Part shown: positions 11,871-23,362 of the stretch, piece by piece
How the letters are laid out: each line of letters starts with the position of its first letter
Position numbering within the stretch: the first letter of the stretch is position 1
DNA from: an uncultured Acidobacteriota bacterium
Lineage (GTDB): Bacteria; Acidobacteriota; UBA6911
Assembly: GCA_963827655.1 (NCBI GenBank)
Contig: CAWHCF010000043.1
Coordinates: 75,726 to 139,725, forward strand
Length of the DNA: 64,000 bases
Direction: 5' to 3'
Translations under genes and position numbers: made by a program
The notes under the pieces: generated by a model
What the model saw: the letters and a program-made list of their open reading frames with translations, nothing else
Database searches by the model: none
What the model was told of the DNA's origin: nothing

Positions 11871-12602
11871 TCAACGGAATCCGAGCTTCTGAGAGAGCCG
11901 GTCCATGCGCTCCACCAGATTCTGCGCTTCCTTCCTGGGTACATCCAGGGAGCCCCGATGCACGAGCCTACCTAGTTCCCGGTGCAGCGTCCTGGCATGC
12001 TGGGCATCGCCGGCAGCCAGCGATTTTTCGAAGCGGCTCTTCAACGCAATCGAAAGACGGTCGTCTGCCTGCAAGAGAGCGCGAAAATCAGCCGGCAGCG
12101 CGGGAAGGTATTCCAGGCCGTGGCACGAGGCGCAGTAGTCGGCGAGACTGAAGAGCTGCGGTGGATTTCCGACGTCGTGCGCGCCGTGACAATCGACACA
12201 GTTCACAACCGCTTTTGCACCACGTATTCTGGCGTGGCCGCTCCCGGCATACAGAGTCTGTTGATCCGCATGGCAGCGCCCGCAGAAACTCGCAACTTCC
12301 GAGGACCCGGGAGGTCGATCAAGACGCGCGTGGGCGGTTTCGAGCGTGAGCGCCTCGGGATTGCCGCCGTGGCAGCCGGAGCAACCGACCGAAGCGATCG
12401 TATGGACGCTGGTTCTTGCGCGGGTTACCGGTTTGGACCAACGCTCGGGCAGGCGCGCGTGACAGCTTACGCAATTCGAGGTCTTACGCTGGGCTCCGGC
12501 CCCTGCGGCCGAAGCATCCATCAGGAGCGAAGAGGACAGCAAAGCGGCGATTCCCAGCCAGAGCAGGGCACTCCCTGGATCCGAAGACTTCGGTGGGATC
12601 AC
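11871..12602 (-). CDS. Pentaheme c-type cytochrome
   Basis: CVSCH, CSGCH, CGRCH, CVDCH, CASCH; hydrophobic leader; probable GTG start overlapping the upstream stop (GTGA). Confidence 0.85.
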   Translation of the reverse strand: MIPPKSSDPGSALLWLGIAALLSSSLLMDASAAGAGAQRKTSNCVSCHARLPERWSKPVTRARTSVHTIASVGCSGCHGGNPEALTLETAHARLDRPPGSSEVASFCGRCHADQQTLYAGSGHARIRGAKAVVNCVDCHGAHDVGNPPQLFSLADYCASCHGLEYLPALPADFRALLQADDRLSIALKSRFEKSLAAGDAQHARTLHRELGRLVHRGSLDVPRKEAQNLVERMDRLSQKLGFR

Positions 12603-13117
12603 TTCTTCTGCAATGACGCCGCGGCGGGAGGTTGAGGTGGCATGCTGGTATTGAAGATGTCTGCTGTTGCCTTCCACTTTGCATCCGGTTGACGGCGCCA
12701 GGCCACCAGGTATTTTCCTCGGTCCGTGATGGTCTCGCCTTGAGGCGGTTTTATCGTCATGCTGTAGCGTCCTACTTCGTAGGCCAGGTCGGCGCTCTGC
12801 TCGACGCGGTCGGTGATCAAGGAAATCTCTTGCACGCCCGACTTGAGAAGACCCGTCCAGAGGGCTTCGATTTGATTTTTTCCTGAAACGGCATCCTGGT
12901 TTGGGGGAAGAACGATGGCATCATCCGAATAGTAGTCGCGCACCAGTTGCGCCCCATTCCCGGCTCGCACCGCCGCCATGAACGCACTATTGGCCTCCTG
13001 GATCGCTTCCTTGGTACGGGCCAGCTCTTGCCCAGCCAGTTCCGCTCTCTGGGCCGTCGATTCCCCGCAGCCGGTCAGGAACGCGAGTACCCCAAGTCCG
13101 ATCAAGAGTAGTCTCAT
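12599..13117 (-). CDS. DUF4440/SnoaL-like (NTF2-fold) lipoprotein
   Basis: Lipobox LTGC; YYSDDAIVLPPN, AYEVGRY, GKYLVAWRRQPDAKWK..DIFN. Confidence 0.85.
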   Translation of the reverse strand: MRLLLIGLGVLAFLTGCGESTAQRAELAGQELARTKEAIQEANSAFMAAVRAGNGAQLVRDYYSDDAIVLPPNQDAVSGKNQIEALWTGLLKSGVQEISLITDRVEQSADLAYEVGRYSMTIKPPQGETITDRGKYLVAWRRQPDAKWKATADIFNTSMPPQPPAAASLQKK

Positions 13118-13150
13118 GCAATCTCCAGGGCCGCCCGCCGTGAGGGGCCC

Positions 13151-13190
13151 AAAAGAAAAGGCGGCAAGGCCGAAAACACCCTGCCGCCTA
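13151..13190 (-). terminator. Rho-independent terminator after the radical SAM gene
   Basis: Minus strand: AGGCGGCAGGG-loop-CCTTGCCGCCT-TTTCTTTT. Confidence 0.75.
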
Positions 13191-13214
13191 CGGTTCGTTC
13201 AATTGTGTTCTTGC

Positions 13215-15170
<1,956 letters not shown>

Positions 15171-15451
15171 AAAGTTCCATTCTCCTTGAGACCGATTTGT
15201 AAGCGCGTTATGACAGCTTCGATTCCCATTTCGGGAGTCAAAACCTCTCTCCGCTGTCCTGAAGCACGCTCAAACTAGTTCAGCTTCAACGTCTTATCCC
15301 CAAAAGGATAGACTAAGGGCTCAACCGGTAGCGGCTTTTGACCGGGGGAATATATCACAAGGATGCAAAAAATAGAATCCTTAGGAAATGATCTTTCGCG
15401 ATTCCTGGATTTCGCCTGCACGCAAATGCCAGAAACCTGCCCAGGTGAAAT

Positions 15452-16759
15452 TTAGGTGAACTTCTCCAGGCTCAGATCCGACTTCCAACTCTGGTTCGTC
15501 TTGAGTAGCTGGTTCCAGGTCATTTCCTTGCCGTCGTAGGATGATTGCCGTCCCAGGATGGCGCTCAGGGTTGATTCGGCTCCCTGGACCAGCTGATTGT
15601 GGAACTGACCGGTTTTGATGGAATCGACGAAAGCCTTGACCTTCTCGGGTGTGGCCTCACTGAGAGGATCGACTTCCATCTTCTGCTTTTCCGCTGTCGG
15701 CTTAGGAGGCTCCGCCTTCCATTCACTGAGTCCCGCGATAAACACTCCCCCGCTGTAATGCGCCTCGGCATATCCCTTGCTGCCCAGGAACCGAACGCAG
15801 ACATCGGCCCATTTGGGAAGAAACTGCGTCGACTGAAAGCCGACCCGAACGTCGCCGGGATAGTGGTACATGGTGACGAAGTGATCCGAAACGTCGCCGA
15901 CGTCGGTACGAACCCTGCGCCCCGCGCTGGCGTAAGCCTTTTCAGGATGTGATTTCAATACCCAGTTGATCCAGTCGAGAATGTGGACATTCTGCTCGAC
16001 CAGAATATCCCCACTCAGTACGCGATCGAAGAACCAGTCGCGGATTTTCGCCTCCTGCGGCGACATTCCCGGTTTGGTTCTTCGCGGAAGATCACCGGCC
16101 AGATAGTAACTTTGAACGCAGGCAATGTCGCCGATGGCGCCTTCGTGAATGCGCCTCGTCATTTCCTTGTATTCGGGAGAGTAGCGAATCTGAAATCCGA
16201 CGTGAACGCTCTGTTTCCCCTCCACTTTCGCGGCGAGCTCCTGCACTTTCTTGCAGCCACGCACGTCGGTCGCCACCGGCTTCTCCAGGTAGATATGCTT
16301 CTTGCCGGCGACGGCGCCTTCGAGGTGTTCCGGATGGAAATAGGGAGGCGTTGAGATGAGCACGATGTCGATATCGGTATTGGAGAGATCGATGTAGGCG
16401 CGCGGTCCCTTGAACATCTTGCCCGCGTCTATTCCCGCGTGACCCTGAGCCTTGTTCAGACGGTCGAATGAACTCCGGGCCTTATCGAGTTGATCCTGGA
16501 AGAGGTCGGCCAATCCAGCCATCCGCACGCCGGCCCTCGTGACGAAAGACTCAGCCACGCTCGATCCGCGCCCGCCGCAGCCGATCATCCCTAGCTGAAG
16601 AGTTGAATTCGCCCGGCTGCCGAAAGCGATTTCCGGCGTCGTGAGAAGAATTCCAGCGCCGGCGGCGCCGGCCGATTTTACGAAGTCTCGCCGCCCCATT
16701 GCGGCGTCGTTAACGTCTTTTCCCGCTTTGATTGTCATAGCTCTGCTCCCTGATGGCAT
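15452..16759 (-). CDS. Gfo/Idh/MocA oxidoreductase with Tat signal
   Basis: GRRDFVK; IGCGGRG; YLEKP; EQNVHILD. Confidence 0.9.
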   Translation of the reverse strand: MPSGSRAMTIKAGKDVNDAAMGRRDFVKSAGAAGAGILLTTPEIAFGSRANSTLQLGMIGCGGRGSSVAESFVTRAGVRMAGLADLFQDQLDKARSSFDRLNKAQGHAGIDAGKMFKGPRAYIDLSNTDIDIVLISTPPYFHPEHLEGAVAGKKHIYLEKPVATDVRGCKKVQELAAKVEGKQSVHVGFQIRYSPEYKEMTRRIHEGAIGDIACVQSYYLAGDLPRRTKPGMSPQEAKIRDWFFDRVLSGDILVEQNVHILDWINWVLKSHPEKAYASAGRRVRTDVGDVSDHFVTMYHYPGDVRVGFQSTQFLPKWADVCVRFLGSKGYAEAHYSGGVFIAGLSEWKAEPPKPTAEKQKMEVDPLSEATPEKVKAFVDSIKTGQFHNQLVQGAESTLSAILGRQSSYDGKEMTWNQLLKTNQSWKSDLSLEKFT

Positions 16760-16807
16760 AGGATTCTAACCCAAGTCACCCAAGACGGCGAGTGAAGAAA
16801 ATCCGAT

Positions 16808-16906
16808 GTTCCCCGTTAAGATACTTCGCGTTTTCCTGGTGTCTTCGTGTCTTTGTGGTTGGCAACGGAAGAAGATAAACCGCAGAGACGCAAAGACTCG
16901 AAGAAA
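16808..16906. repeat. Family A paired hairpin element
   Basis: CCCGTTAAGATACTTCGCG...GTGTCTTCGTGTCTTTGTGGTT...AACCGCAGAGACGCAAAGACTCGAAG. Confidence 0.75.
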
Positions 16907-16911
16907 CCCGC

Positions 16912-17754
16912 TCAATCGACGAGTCGGTAGCGCGGCTGAAGCGGGTTCGCGCCGGGATCCTCGACCTTCACTTTTCCGGACTGAGCGAGGGCATCGAGAT
17001 GGGCCAGCACCGATTGCTGAGCGGCCGGGTAAAGGCCAGGGTCCACTCCCGCGTAGATATGACGGACGATTGCCGGGACGGTCTCGATGCCGGCGCGCAG
17101 CGCCTCCACCACCTGGGTCGTGCGCATCTTTCTGTGAGCAATCAACTCTTCGATCCGGCTGTTCGCGTCGTAAATCGGCGCGCCGTGCGCCGGGTACATG
17201 ATGGCGACATCGACAGAGCGCAGGCGCTCGAGCGATGCCAGATAGCTGTTCAAATCGCCGTCCGGGCGCGCAATGACTGAAGTCGACCAGCCCATCACGT
17301 GATCTCCGGTAAAAAGAGAGCGCTCCTGCCGAAGGAAATAGGAGACATGATCGCTGATGTGGCCCGGAGTGTATAGGACCTCAAGGCTCCAGTCCCCATC
17401 GCCTATGACATCACCCTCACTCACCTGGTGGGTGGGTTCATAGCCATTGTGGGATTTGTAACCGAATGTCGGCGCCCCCAGAGCCCGCGCCAGGCGCGGT
17501 GCCATGGGCCAGTGATCGGGATGGGCGTGACTGGGCGCGATGCCGCGGACAGGAGTCGAGCCAATCAGCCGCATTACCGCATCAAAGTGCTCGTCAGTGT
17601 TTTCTCCGGGATCCAGGATAAAAAGGGAGTGCAGGCCGATCAGATAGGTATTGGTGCCCGGACCGGTCATGAGTCCGGGATTGTTTTGAGTCACGCGCCG
17701 GACGCGTCGCGACAGCTGAACCACCTCCCCGGGTACGATTGAAGCGCTACTCAT
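16912..17754 (-). CDS. Metallo-beta-lactamase-fold hydrolase (LACTB2-like)
   Basis: NPGLMTGPGTNTY, HAHPDH, TPGH, FTGDH, PAHG; start overlaps the NUDIX stop. Confidence 0.88.
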   Translation of the reverse strand: MSSASIVPGEVVQLSRRVRRVTQNNPGLMTGPGTNTYLIGLHSLFILDPGENTDEHFDAVMRLIGSTPVRGIAPSHAHPDHWPMAPRLARALGAPTFGYKSHNGYEPTHQVSEGDVIGDGDWSLEVLYTPGHISDHVSYFLRQERSLFTGDHVMGWSTSVIARPDGDLNSYLASLERLRSVDVAIMYPAHGAPIYDANSRIEELIAHRKMRTTQVVEALRAGIETVPAIVRHIYAGVDPGLYPAAQQSVLAHLDALAQSGKVKVEDPGANPLQPRYRLVD

Positions 17755-18607
17755 CGTCTGCTCGGTCCAGACTTGCCTGGAGTATTTCGGCCGGCGATGC
17801 TGCCGCGGGAATCGACTCCTCGAAACCTTCATCACCGGGAACGAGAATTCGAATACCGGTTTGATCTCTTACCACGCGGGGTTGAATGGCCAGGATATTA
17901 CGTGGAGCGCAAGCCACTGCTTCTGCGTCCCGGGTTTGCCCAAAGTCGCGCAGAAGCTCCAAATTGCGCAGCGTCGGAAAGATGACCAGCCACTCTTTAT
18001 TGCGAGCCTTCTCCAGAGCCTCTTGAGGCGTTACCCAGGAAGAATCGGTGAGTTCCGAGCCGTCGTGAACCGCAGCCTGCCGTCTCGGCGCCACCGTAAG
18101 AAAAAACCGCGTGTCATAACGCCGCGGCTGGCCCTCCGGAGTGATCCAATGCGCCCAGTAATGAACTCGATCGGTTGCCAGTTTCAACCCCTCGCGCCGG
18201 GCCAGGTCCGAAATCGACAGTCGGCCCTGGTTCAGCTGTTCGCGATAGTCCCGGTAGCGCTTCTCAATGGCGGGGTCTCCGAAATCGAGAATCTGGCCGG
18301 CGGCATCGTACATCAACAGAACGCCCGATTCTTCGAAGCACTCTCGAATTGCGGCCACCCAGTAGCCCAGCCCACCACGGGCGACCCCCAGCGCCGCGGA
18401 CGCCGATTCATCGGTATGCCCGGCGCACAACCGCTCATCGACTTCATCATCCGGGTCGAGAACTCCGCCGGGGAAAACGTGGGCGCCGCCGACGAAATCA
18501 GACTTGAGGTGGCGCTTCAACATGAATACCTCGACGCCGCTCTTTCCATCCCGCAGCAGGATCACAGTCGACGCATTTCGGACTGAATTCACTCGGCGCC
18601 ACTCCAT
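17747..18607 (-). CDS. NUDIX hydrolase (Nudt19-like)
   Basis: VFPGG, AAIRECFEESG, HWITP...RRYDTRFF. Confidence 0.88.
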   Translation of the reverse strand: MEWRRVNSVRNASTVILLRDGKSGVEVFMLKRHLKSDFVGGAHVFPGGVLDPDDEVDERLCAGHTDESASAALGVARGGLGYWVAAIRECFEESGVLLMYDAAGQILDFGDPAIEKRYRDYREQLNQGRLSISDLARREGLKLATDRVHYWAHWITPEGQPRRYDTRFFLTVAPRRQAAVHDGSELTDSSWVTPQEALEKARNKEWLVIFPTLRNLELLRDFGQTRDAEAVACAPRNILAIQPRVVRDQTGIRILVPGDEGFEESIPAAASPAEILQASLDRADDE

Positions 18608-18686
18608 CGGCGTGCTTTGAACGATGCAGTTAGACTTAACTCATCCACTGGAAAAATCGATACCAGGTCGGCGTCCAGCATTGCGG

Positions 18687-18773
18687 TGGTGCCGAAGGGG
18701 GGACTCGAACCCCCACGAGCTTAAGCCCACTAGACCCTGAACCTAGCGCGTCTGCCAATTCCGCCACTTCGGC
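18687..18773 (-). tRNA. tRNA-Leu(CAG)
   Basis: GCCGAAGTGGCGGAATTGGCAGACGCGCTAGGTTCAGGGTCTAG...GGTTCGAGTCCCCCCTTCGGCACCA; long variable arm; encoded CCA. Confidence 0.97.
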
Positions 18774-18875
18774 ACGTTGCGGATCAGATGATATAGGAAA
18801 AATGGCCGAGAGGCTACCTTTCCCTTTTTCTCCAGCTCCCAAAGATATCGATGCCGTGTCTTGAAAGGTAGCCTG

Positions 18876-20075
18876 TCAGCGAAGTCGCCACAGCGGAAGA
18901 ATTTGTGCCAGCGCGCGAGGATCTTTACCGCGCAATCTTTCGGGATCGATTCCCAGCTGGCTCGCCTGCTGCATTGCCGCCTCCGCGCGGGCGTTTTCTC
19001 CCTGCGCCGCCAGGACGACACCCATCAGATAATGAAGTATCCCCACGCTGGGTTGGTACTTCAGCGCTTCTGAGAGTACGGCGAGCGCTTCAGCCTGGTT
19101 TCCCTGCAGATGGTGGGAGATTGCGAGATTGATGGCAATCACCGCATCGTTCTTGGCCAGGCTTTGAGCCTCCGCCAGGTATTGAAGGGCCGGCTGAAAA
19201 TCTCCGGCGCGCAAGTAGGACGTTCCTGCATTGTTCAGGACTTCGGGGGGCCGGGCGTAAGGGATAATGTTGGAGAAGGCGCGCGCCGCATCGGAAAATG
19301 AGCCTTGCTTGCCATAGCAGATTCCGAGCATGAACTGGGTTTCGAGATATTGGGGTGGTTTGGTGCGCGCCTGTTGCAAGTGTCTGACCGCTCGCTGGCA
19401 ATCATCCTTCTTGTAATAGTGATTTCCAAGATAGAACTGAGCCTCAGGAAGGTCGCTATACATTTCGACGGCCTTGAGCGAGAGTTTAAGCCGCGCTTCC
19501 GGGTCGTTCTGGCCGAGACTCCGCACGTAGTAGGTATAAGCCAGGTTGGGGATAGTGCGCGTCCTTTCCCGATACTGATCGCGCGAAACACTCCGGGCGA
19601 GACCTTTCTGGTTCAAAATCTCCCAGGCCAGCTCGTTTTCCATTTGGGGCAAGGCTATCGAGGAACCTGACGTAGTAATCTCGTTACCCAGCTTCATCGA
19701 TTTCAGATCGAGTACCTGCATCACAATCTGGATCGCATCCAACGTTCCCGAGTAAGATCCGAAAACCAGATGATCCGCCGCCCCCTGTTGCGCCACCCTT
19801 ATCATGCTCGCGCGGCTGAGAGGCACATTGGGAGGGAGATCTGAGCTCTCCACCAGTCGCGTCATCTCCGCGCGCGGAGTAACGCGAACTCCGGGCATCT
19901 CGAGAGCCTCGCAGATCGAGACCGTCAAGCACTCTCCAATCCACGCCAGCGAGGCAGACTTGGTGAGGTTCTCGGCCGGGAATACCATGAGCGCAACGGC
20001 TTTCTCAGACTCCGCGCGCGCGATCCCGCAGGCCCAACAAGCAAGAATCAGAATGGAATGACGTAACCGCCTCAT
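18876..20075 (-). CDS. Exported tetratricopeptide-repeat protein with TolB-N/FlgO-like N-domain
   Basis: Signal peptide; VFPAENLT...WIG; several TPR helices (AQFYLG, TQFMLG, HYLMG). Confidence 0.75.
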   Translation of the reverse strand: MRRLRHSILILACWACGIARAESEKAVALMVFPAENLTKSASLAWIGECLTVSICEALEMPGVRVTPRAEMTRLVESSDLPPNVPLSRASMIRVAQQGAADHLVFGSYSGTLDAIQIVMQVLDLKSMKLGNEITTSGSSIALPQMENELAWEILNQKGLARSVSRDQYRERTRTIPNLAYTYYVRSLGQNDPEARLKLSLKAVEMYSDLPEAQFYLGNHYYKKDDCQRAVRHLQQARTKPPQYLETQFMLGICYGKQGSFSDAARAFSNIIPYARPPEVLNNAGTSYLRAGDFQPALQYLAEAQSLAKNDAVIAINLAISHHLQGNQAEALAVLSEALKYQPSVGILHYLMGVVLAAQGENARAEAAMQQASQLGIDPERLRGKDPRALAQILPLWRLR

Positions 20076-20157
20076 TATCCTCTCGCGCGATCTCTCCGAA
20101 GAATTATGTGTACCATGCCGGCGAGCCGATCACAACCCAAGGCTTCCCCGTGTTTGA

Positions 20158-20238
20158 TCTTTGCGTCTTCGTGTCTTCGTGGTTAGAGCTGCAAAACAAA
20201 TACCACGAGGACACAAAGACACGAAGAAACGCCGAGAG
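20158..20238. repeat. Family A paired hairpin element (well conserved)
   Basis: TCTTTGCGTCTTCGTGTCTTCGTGGTT-AGAGCTGCAAAACAAAT-ACCACGAGGACACAAAGACACGAAGA. Confidence 0.85.
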
Positions 20239-20249
20239 TCTTCGCCAAA

Positions 20250-20775
20250 AAGCAGGAAGGCCATCCGAGCCGCGAGCTTCTCACGAGTCGCTGCATACTG
20301 GTCCCACCCTTGGCCAGTCCGCGCGAAATGGTACTGCAGTTTCATGAGTCCGACGATCTGCTCGACGGCCTGCGGCCGCATGCCGCGAGCTGTCATTTCG
20401 TTTTGCGCCTGATCGATTGTGGTCTCGGCTGCTGGTATACCGGCGCCTGAGATGCTGATAAGAAAGGCAAGGTCCTTCGCGCGGACGGCGGCGAGCGGCA
20501 TGATCCATCCTGCCTGGCTCACTCCTAACAGTCCAATCCGTCTGCTGTCGACATCGCTACGGGTCTTCAAGTACTCAAACGCGGCCACCACATCGTCGGC
20601 CAGATCGTCGAACGAGGCTGTGTTCCAGTTGCCGGTTGAGCCGCCCACGCCGCGCTTGTCGTAGCCCAGGACGGCCATGCCGTGGCGTATCAGAAACCGG
20701 GCAAACGGAAGGATGTACTCGCGATTCTCCGGCCCGGAGCCATGAACGAGGATGATCGCCGGTTTCGAAGCGAAT
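20250..20775 (-). pseudogene. Internal fragment of an alpha/beta hydrolase
   Basis: PAIILVHGSG...YDKRGVG...GLLGVSQAG nucleophile elbow; no proper start, and the C-terminal Asp/His region is missing. Confidence 0.7.
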
Positions 20776-20777
20776 CC

Positions 20778-21593
20778 CTACTGCTCGATTATGTACTCTT
20801 TTTCTCGCAGGATCAGGCACGCCGTGGATAAGAAGAAGGCCGCCAGCAAGACCAGCGTGAGGATCGACTCCAGCGGAGGGGTGCGCTCGCCGATCAGCAT
20901 TGCAATGGCGCCAGGCGTATCGTCATGAGGGAAAATTGATTGGATGTAATGCGTGATGGTCAGTTTTCGCATGTAACCCGGGAGATACGGGATGATTCCT
21001 TCCCAGCCGAAAGCGTAAAGGAGTCCCGCCAGAATCGAATGCTTGAGCCACGCTCCTAGCAGGCTGAAAAAGGCGCCGTAGGCCAGAATTGCGAGCGCCA
21101 CAATCCCAAGGTCCTTGGCGAGCGCGCCGGCATCTTCGAAAAACGGGCCCAGATCGGAACCCAGGTAGAGGATCAGGTAACTCGAGACGATCGACGGCAG
21201 GACCAGCAGCAGAGCGATCCACACCAGGGCCAGGTATTTCCCGAGCATGATGACCGGCTTGGGAATAGGGCGGACAAATAGATAGGTCAGGGTCTTCCCT
21301 TCCACTTCTTCGGAGATCAAGGCGGTTCCGTAGAAGAGGGTGATGAATACGACCAGGAAATGAATGACGGCGGTCGACATCAGGGTGCCGAACACCTGAG
21401 CCGGCGTGAACGGAGCTCGAACCCAGTTGTAGGTCAAAATCAAGCGAGCCAGAATTGACAGGCCGAGAATGAAGACAGAGATGAAGGCAACAAAGATCGT
21501 TTTCTTGCTCCAGAAAAGCGTGTCGAGAGTCAGGAACGCGATGGTTCTGAACTCGCGCCAGGTCCTGGCCAAGCTTGACATCATGGGACTCAT
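20778..21593 (-). CDS. ABC-2-type transporter permease
   Basis: About 6 TM helices; ISEEVEGKTLTYLFVRPI. Confidence 0.88.
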   Translation of the reverse strand: MSPMMSSLARTWREFRTIAFLTLDTLFWSKKTIFVAFISVFILGLSILARLILTYNWVRAPFTPAQVFGTLMSTAVIHFLVVFITLFYGTALISEEVEGKTLTYLFVRPIPKPVIMLGKYLALVWIALLLVLPSIVSSYLILYLGSDLGPFFEDAGALAKDLGIVALAILAYGAFFSLLGAWLKHSILAGLLYAFGWEGIIPYLPGYMRKLTITHYIQSIFPHDDTPGAIAMLIGERTPPLESILTLVLLAAFFLSTACLILREKEYIIEQ

Positions 21594-21599
21594 TCCGAC

Positions 21600-22523
21600 C
21601 TACTTCACAAGATAGTGGAACACTGCCTGGAGATTATCATCGGGCGAGCTGATCTCCTCCAGATCGATTTCATGGCGCAGGAGCAGGTCCGGAAGCCTCT
21701 GATAGAACTCATCGGGCTGCGCGGACTCGAGCGTTAGAGCATTTGCCTCCGGCTGAAAACGAACGCTCAACACATCCGAAAAACGGACCAGGATCTCGGC
21801 CAGCCGCCTTGGTTCCGAACAGCGAATGAAGATGTGATGCGGGTGCTTGTCTATCAGATCGCGGATCTGATGCACATCTCCCTCGGCCAGAACCTGCCCG
21901 TTATGAATCAGCAGGATGGTGGGGGTCATCGCTTCGATTTCGTGGAGAATGTGGCTTGAGACGATGACGCATTTCCCGGCTTTGCCCCACCCGCGGACGA
22001 GGCGAATCGTCTCCCGTCTTGCCACCGGATCCATCCCCGCCAAAGGTTCATCCAGCACGAGGACTTCAGGATCGTGCGCTACAGCCTGGGCCAGCTTGAT
22101 TCGCTGCCGCATCCCCTTGCTGTAGGCGCCAATCTTTTTGTCTCCGGCCGCCGCCAGATCCACCAGTTCGAGGGCCGACGTCGTTCGCCGCCCGGCCTCG
22201 GCTTCGCTGAATCCGTGCATGCGTAGAAGAGCGGCAAGAAACTCGGCTCCCGTCATCCGCTCGTAAAAAGAGTCCTGTTCCGGGCAGAGTCCGATGCGCA
22301 TGAACAGTCCATAGTTATTCCAGATGCGCTGGCCGAAAAGAGTGACCTGGCCTTGACTGGGGCGGAGCTGGCCGGTAATGAGCTTCATCAAGGTCGATTT
22401 GCCCGCGCCGTTCGGACCTAGAAGACCGGTAACTCCAGGGCCGACGGCGAATGAAACCTTGTTGACCGCAATGACCTGTCCATACCACTTCGACAGTCCG
22501 CTGGCCTCCACGATCCCTGTCAC
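21600..22523 (-). CDS. ABC transporter ATP-binding protein
   Basis: GPNGAGKS, YSKGMRQR, LVLDEP. Confidence 0.93.
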   Translation of the reverse strand: MTGIVEASGLSKWYGQVIAVNKVSFAVGPGVTGLLGPNGAGKSTLMKLITGQLRPSQGQVTLFGQRIWNNYGLFMRIGLCPEQDSFYERMTGAEFLAALLRMHGFSEAEAGRRTTSALELVDLAAAGDKKIGAYSKGMRQRIKLAQAVAHDPEVLVLDEPLAGMDPVARRETIRLVRGWGKAGKCVIVSSHILHEIEAMTPTILLIHNGQVLAEGDVHQIRDLIDKHPHHIFIRCSEPRRLAEILVRFSDVLSVRFQPEANALTLESAQPDEFYQRLPDLLLRHEIDLEEISSPDDNLQAVFHYLVK

Positions 22524-23362
22524 TTGACCACCTCTACCGCCTGAATCCGCCGGTAGACGAGCCAGGCGCTACCCGCCATCAAGCCAAAGATCACCAGTCC
22601 CGAAACCCAGATCGGAGATCGGTACTGGGGCGCTGCCGCGAAAAAAAAATCACCCAGCTGGGTCAAATTGTGGGTCAACGATACCCATGCGACCTGGGTA
22701 GAGCGGAGAATATGACTCAGAATTCCATACACGATCTGGCTGAAGAAGAAGAGCGCCGCAAAGCCTATTCCGGCAAAACGGCTGCTCTTGCTCAGCGAAG
22801 AGAGCGCCAGTATCACCAGACTGTAGGTAAGGATGATGACCAGTGAATATGCGAGAATCGAGCCGGCCAACCAATAGTTCTGCTGCAAGAAGCTCAGATT
22901 TGAATGAAAGCCGACGGCCAGAAGAAACAGCAGCACTCCGGGAACCAGCGTGGGCAACGACAGAAAAAACGCAATCACGCCAAGTTTTCCGATGACATAG
23001 TCCTGGCGGGTTATCGGTTTGGATAAATAAATCTGAAGGGCATTTGCCTTAAGATCGTTTGAGATCAGCCCCGCCCCGGCATAGATGGCGATGACGAACG
23101 CGAAGAACAACTGCTGGGTCAGGAAGTTTTCAAAAAACTTTGCATCAACCCTCAGGAAAGGGAGGTTTCCGGCAACCACGGAGAGGTACAGGATTACCGT
23201 GCGCACCAGAAACGGAATCGCCGAGAGTATCACGAGGGCGAGAAAGCGCTTCTTCTGAATCAGCAGGCTGATCCCTTGCCGCGTGATGACCCACCAGCGG
23301 TACGGGTGGGACGTCCACTCGCCGGACCAGTGCCGGTAACTAAGGTCATGGATCGGCATCAA
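22520..23362 (-). CDS. ABC-2-type transporter permease
   Basis: MPIHDLSYR; ISNDLKANALQIYLSKPI; TM helices. Confidence 0.88.
   Translation of the reverse strand: MMPIHDLSYRHWSGEWTSHPYRWWVITRQGISLLIQKKRFLALVILSAIPFLVRTVILYLSVVAGNLPFLRVDAKFFENFLTQQLFFAFVIAIYAGAGLISNDLKANALQIYLSKPITRQDYVIGKLGVIAFFLSLPTLVPGVLLFLLAVGFHSNLSFLQQNYWLAGSILAYSLVIILTYSLVILALSSLSKSSRFAGIGFAALFFFSQIVYGILSHILRSTQVAWVSLTHNLTQLGDFFFAAAPQYRSPIWVSGLVIFGLMAGSAWLVYRRIQAVEVVK

Noticed and set aside
18600-18773. tRNA-Leu as an integration site
   Set aside because: No integrase and no duplicated tRNA 3' end in the window.
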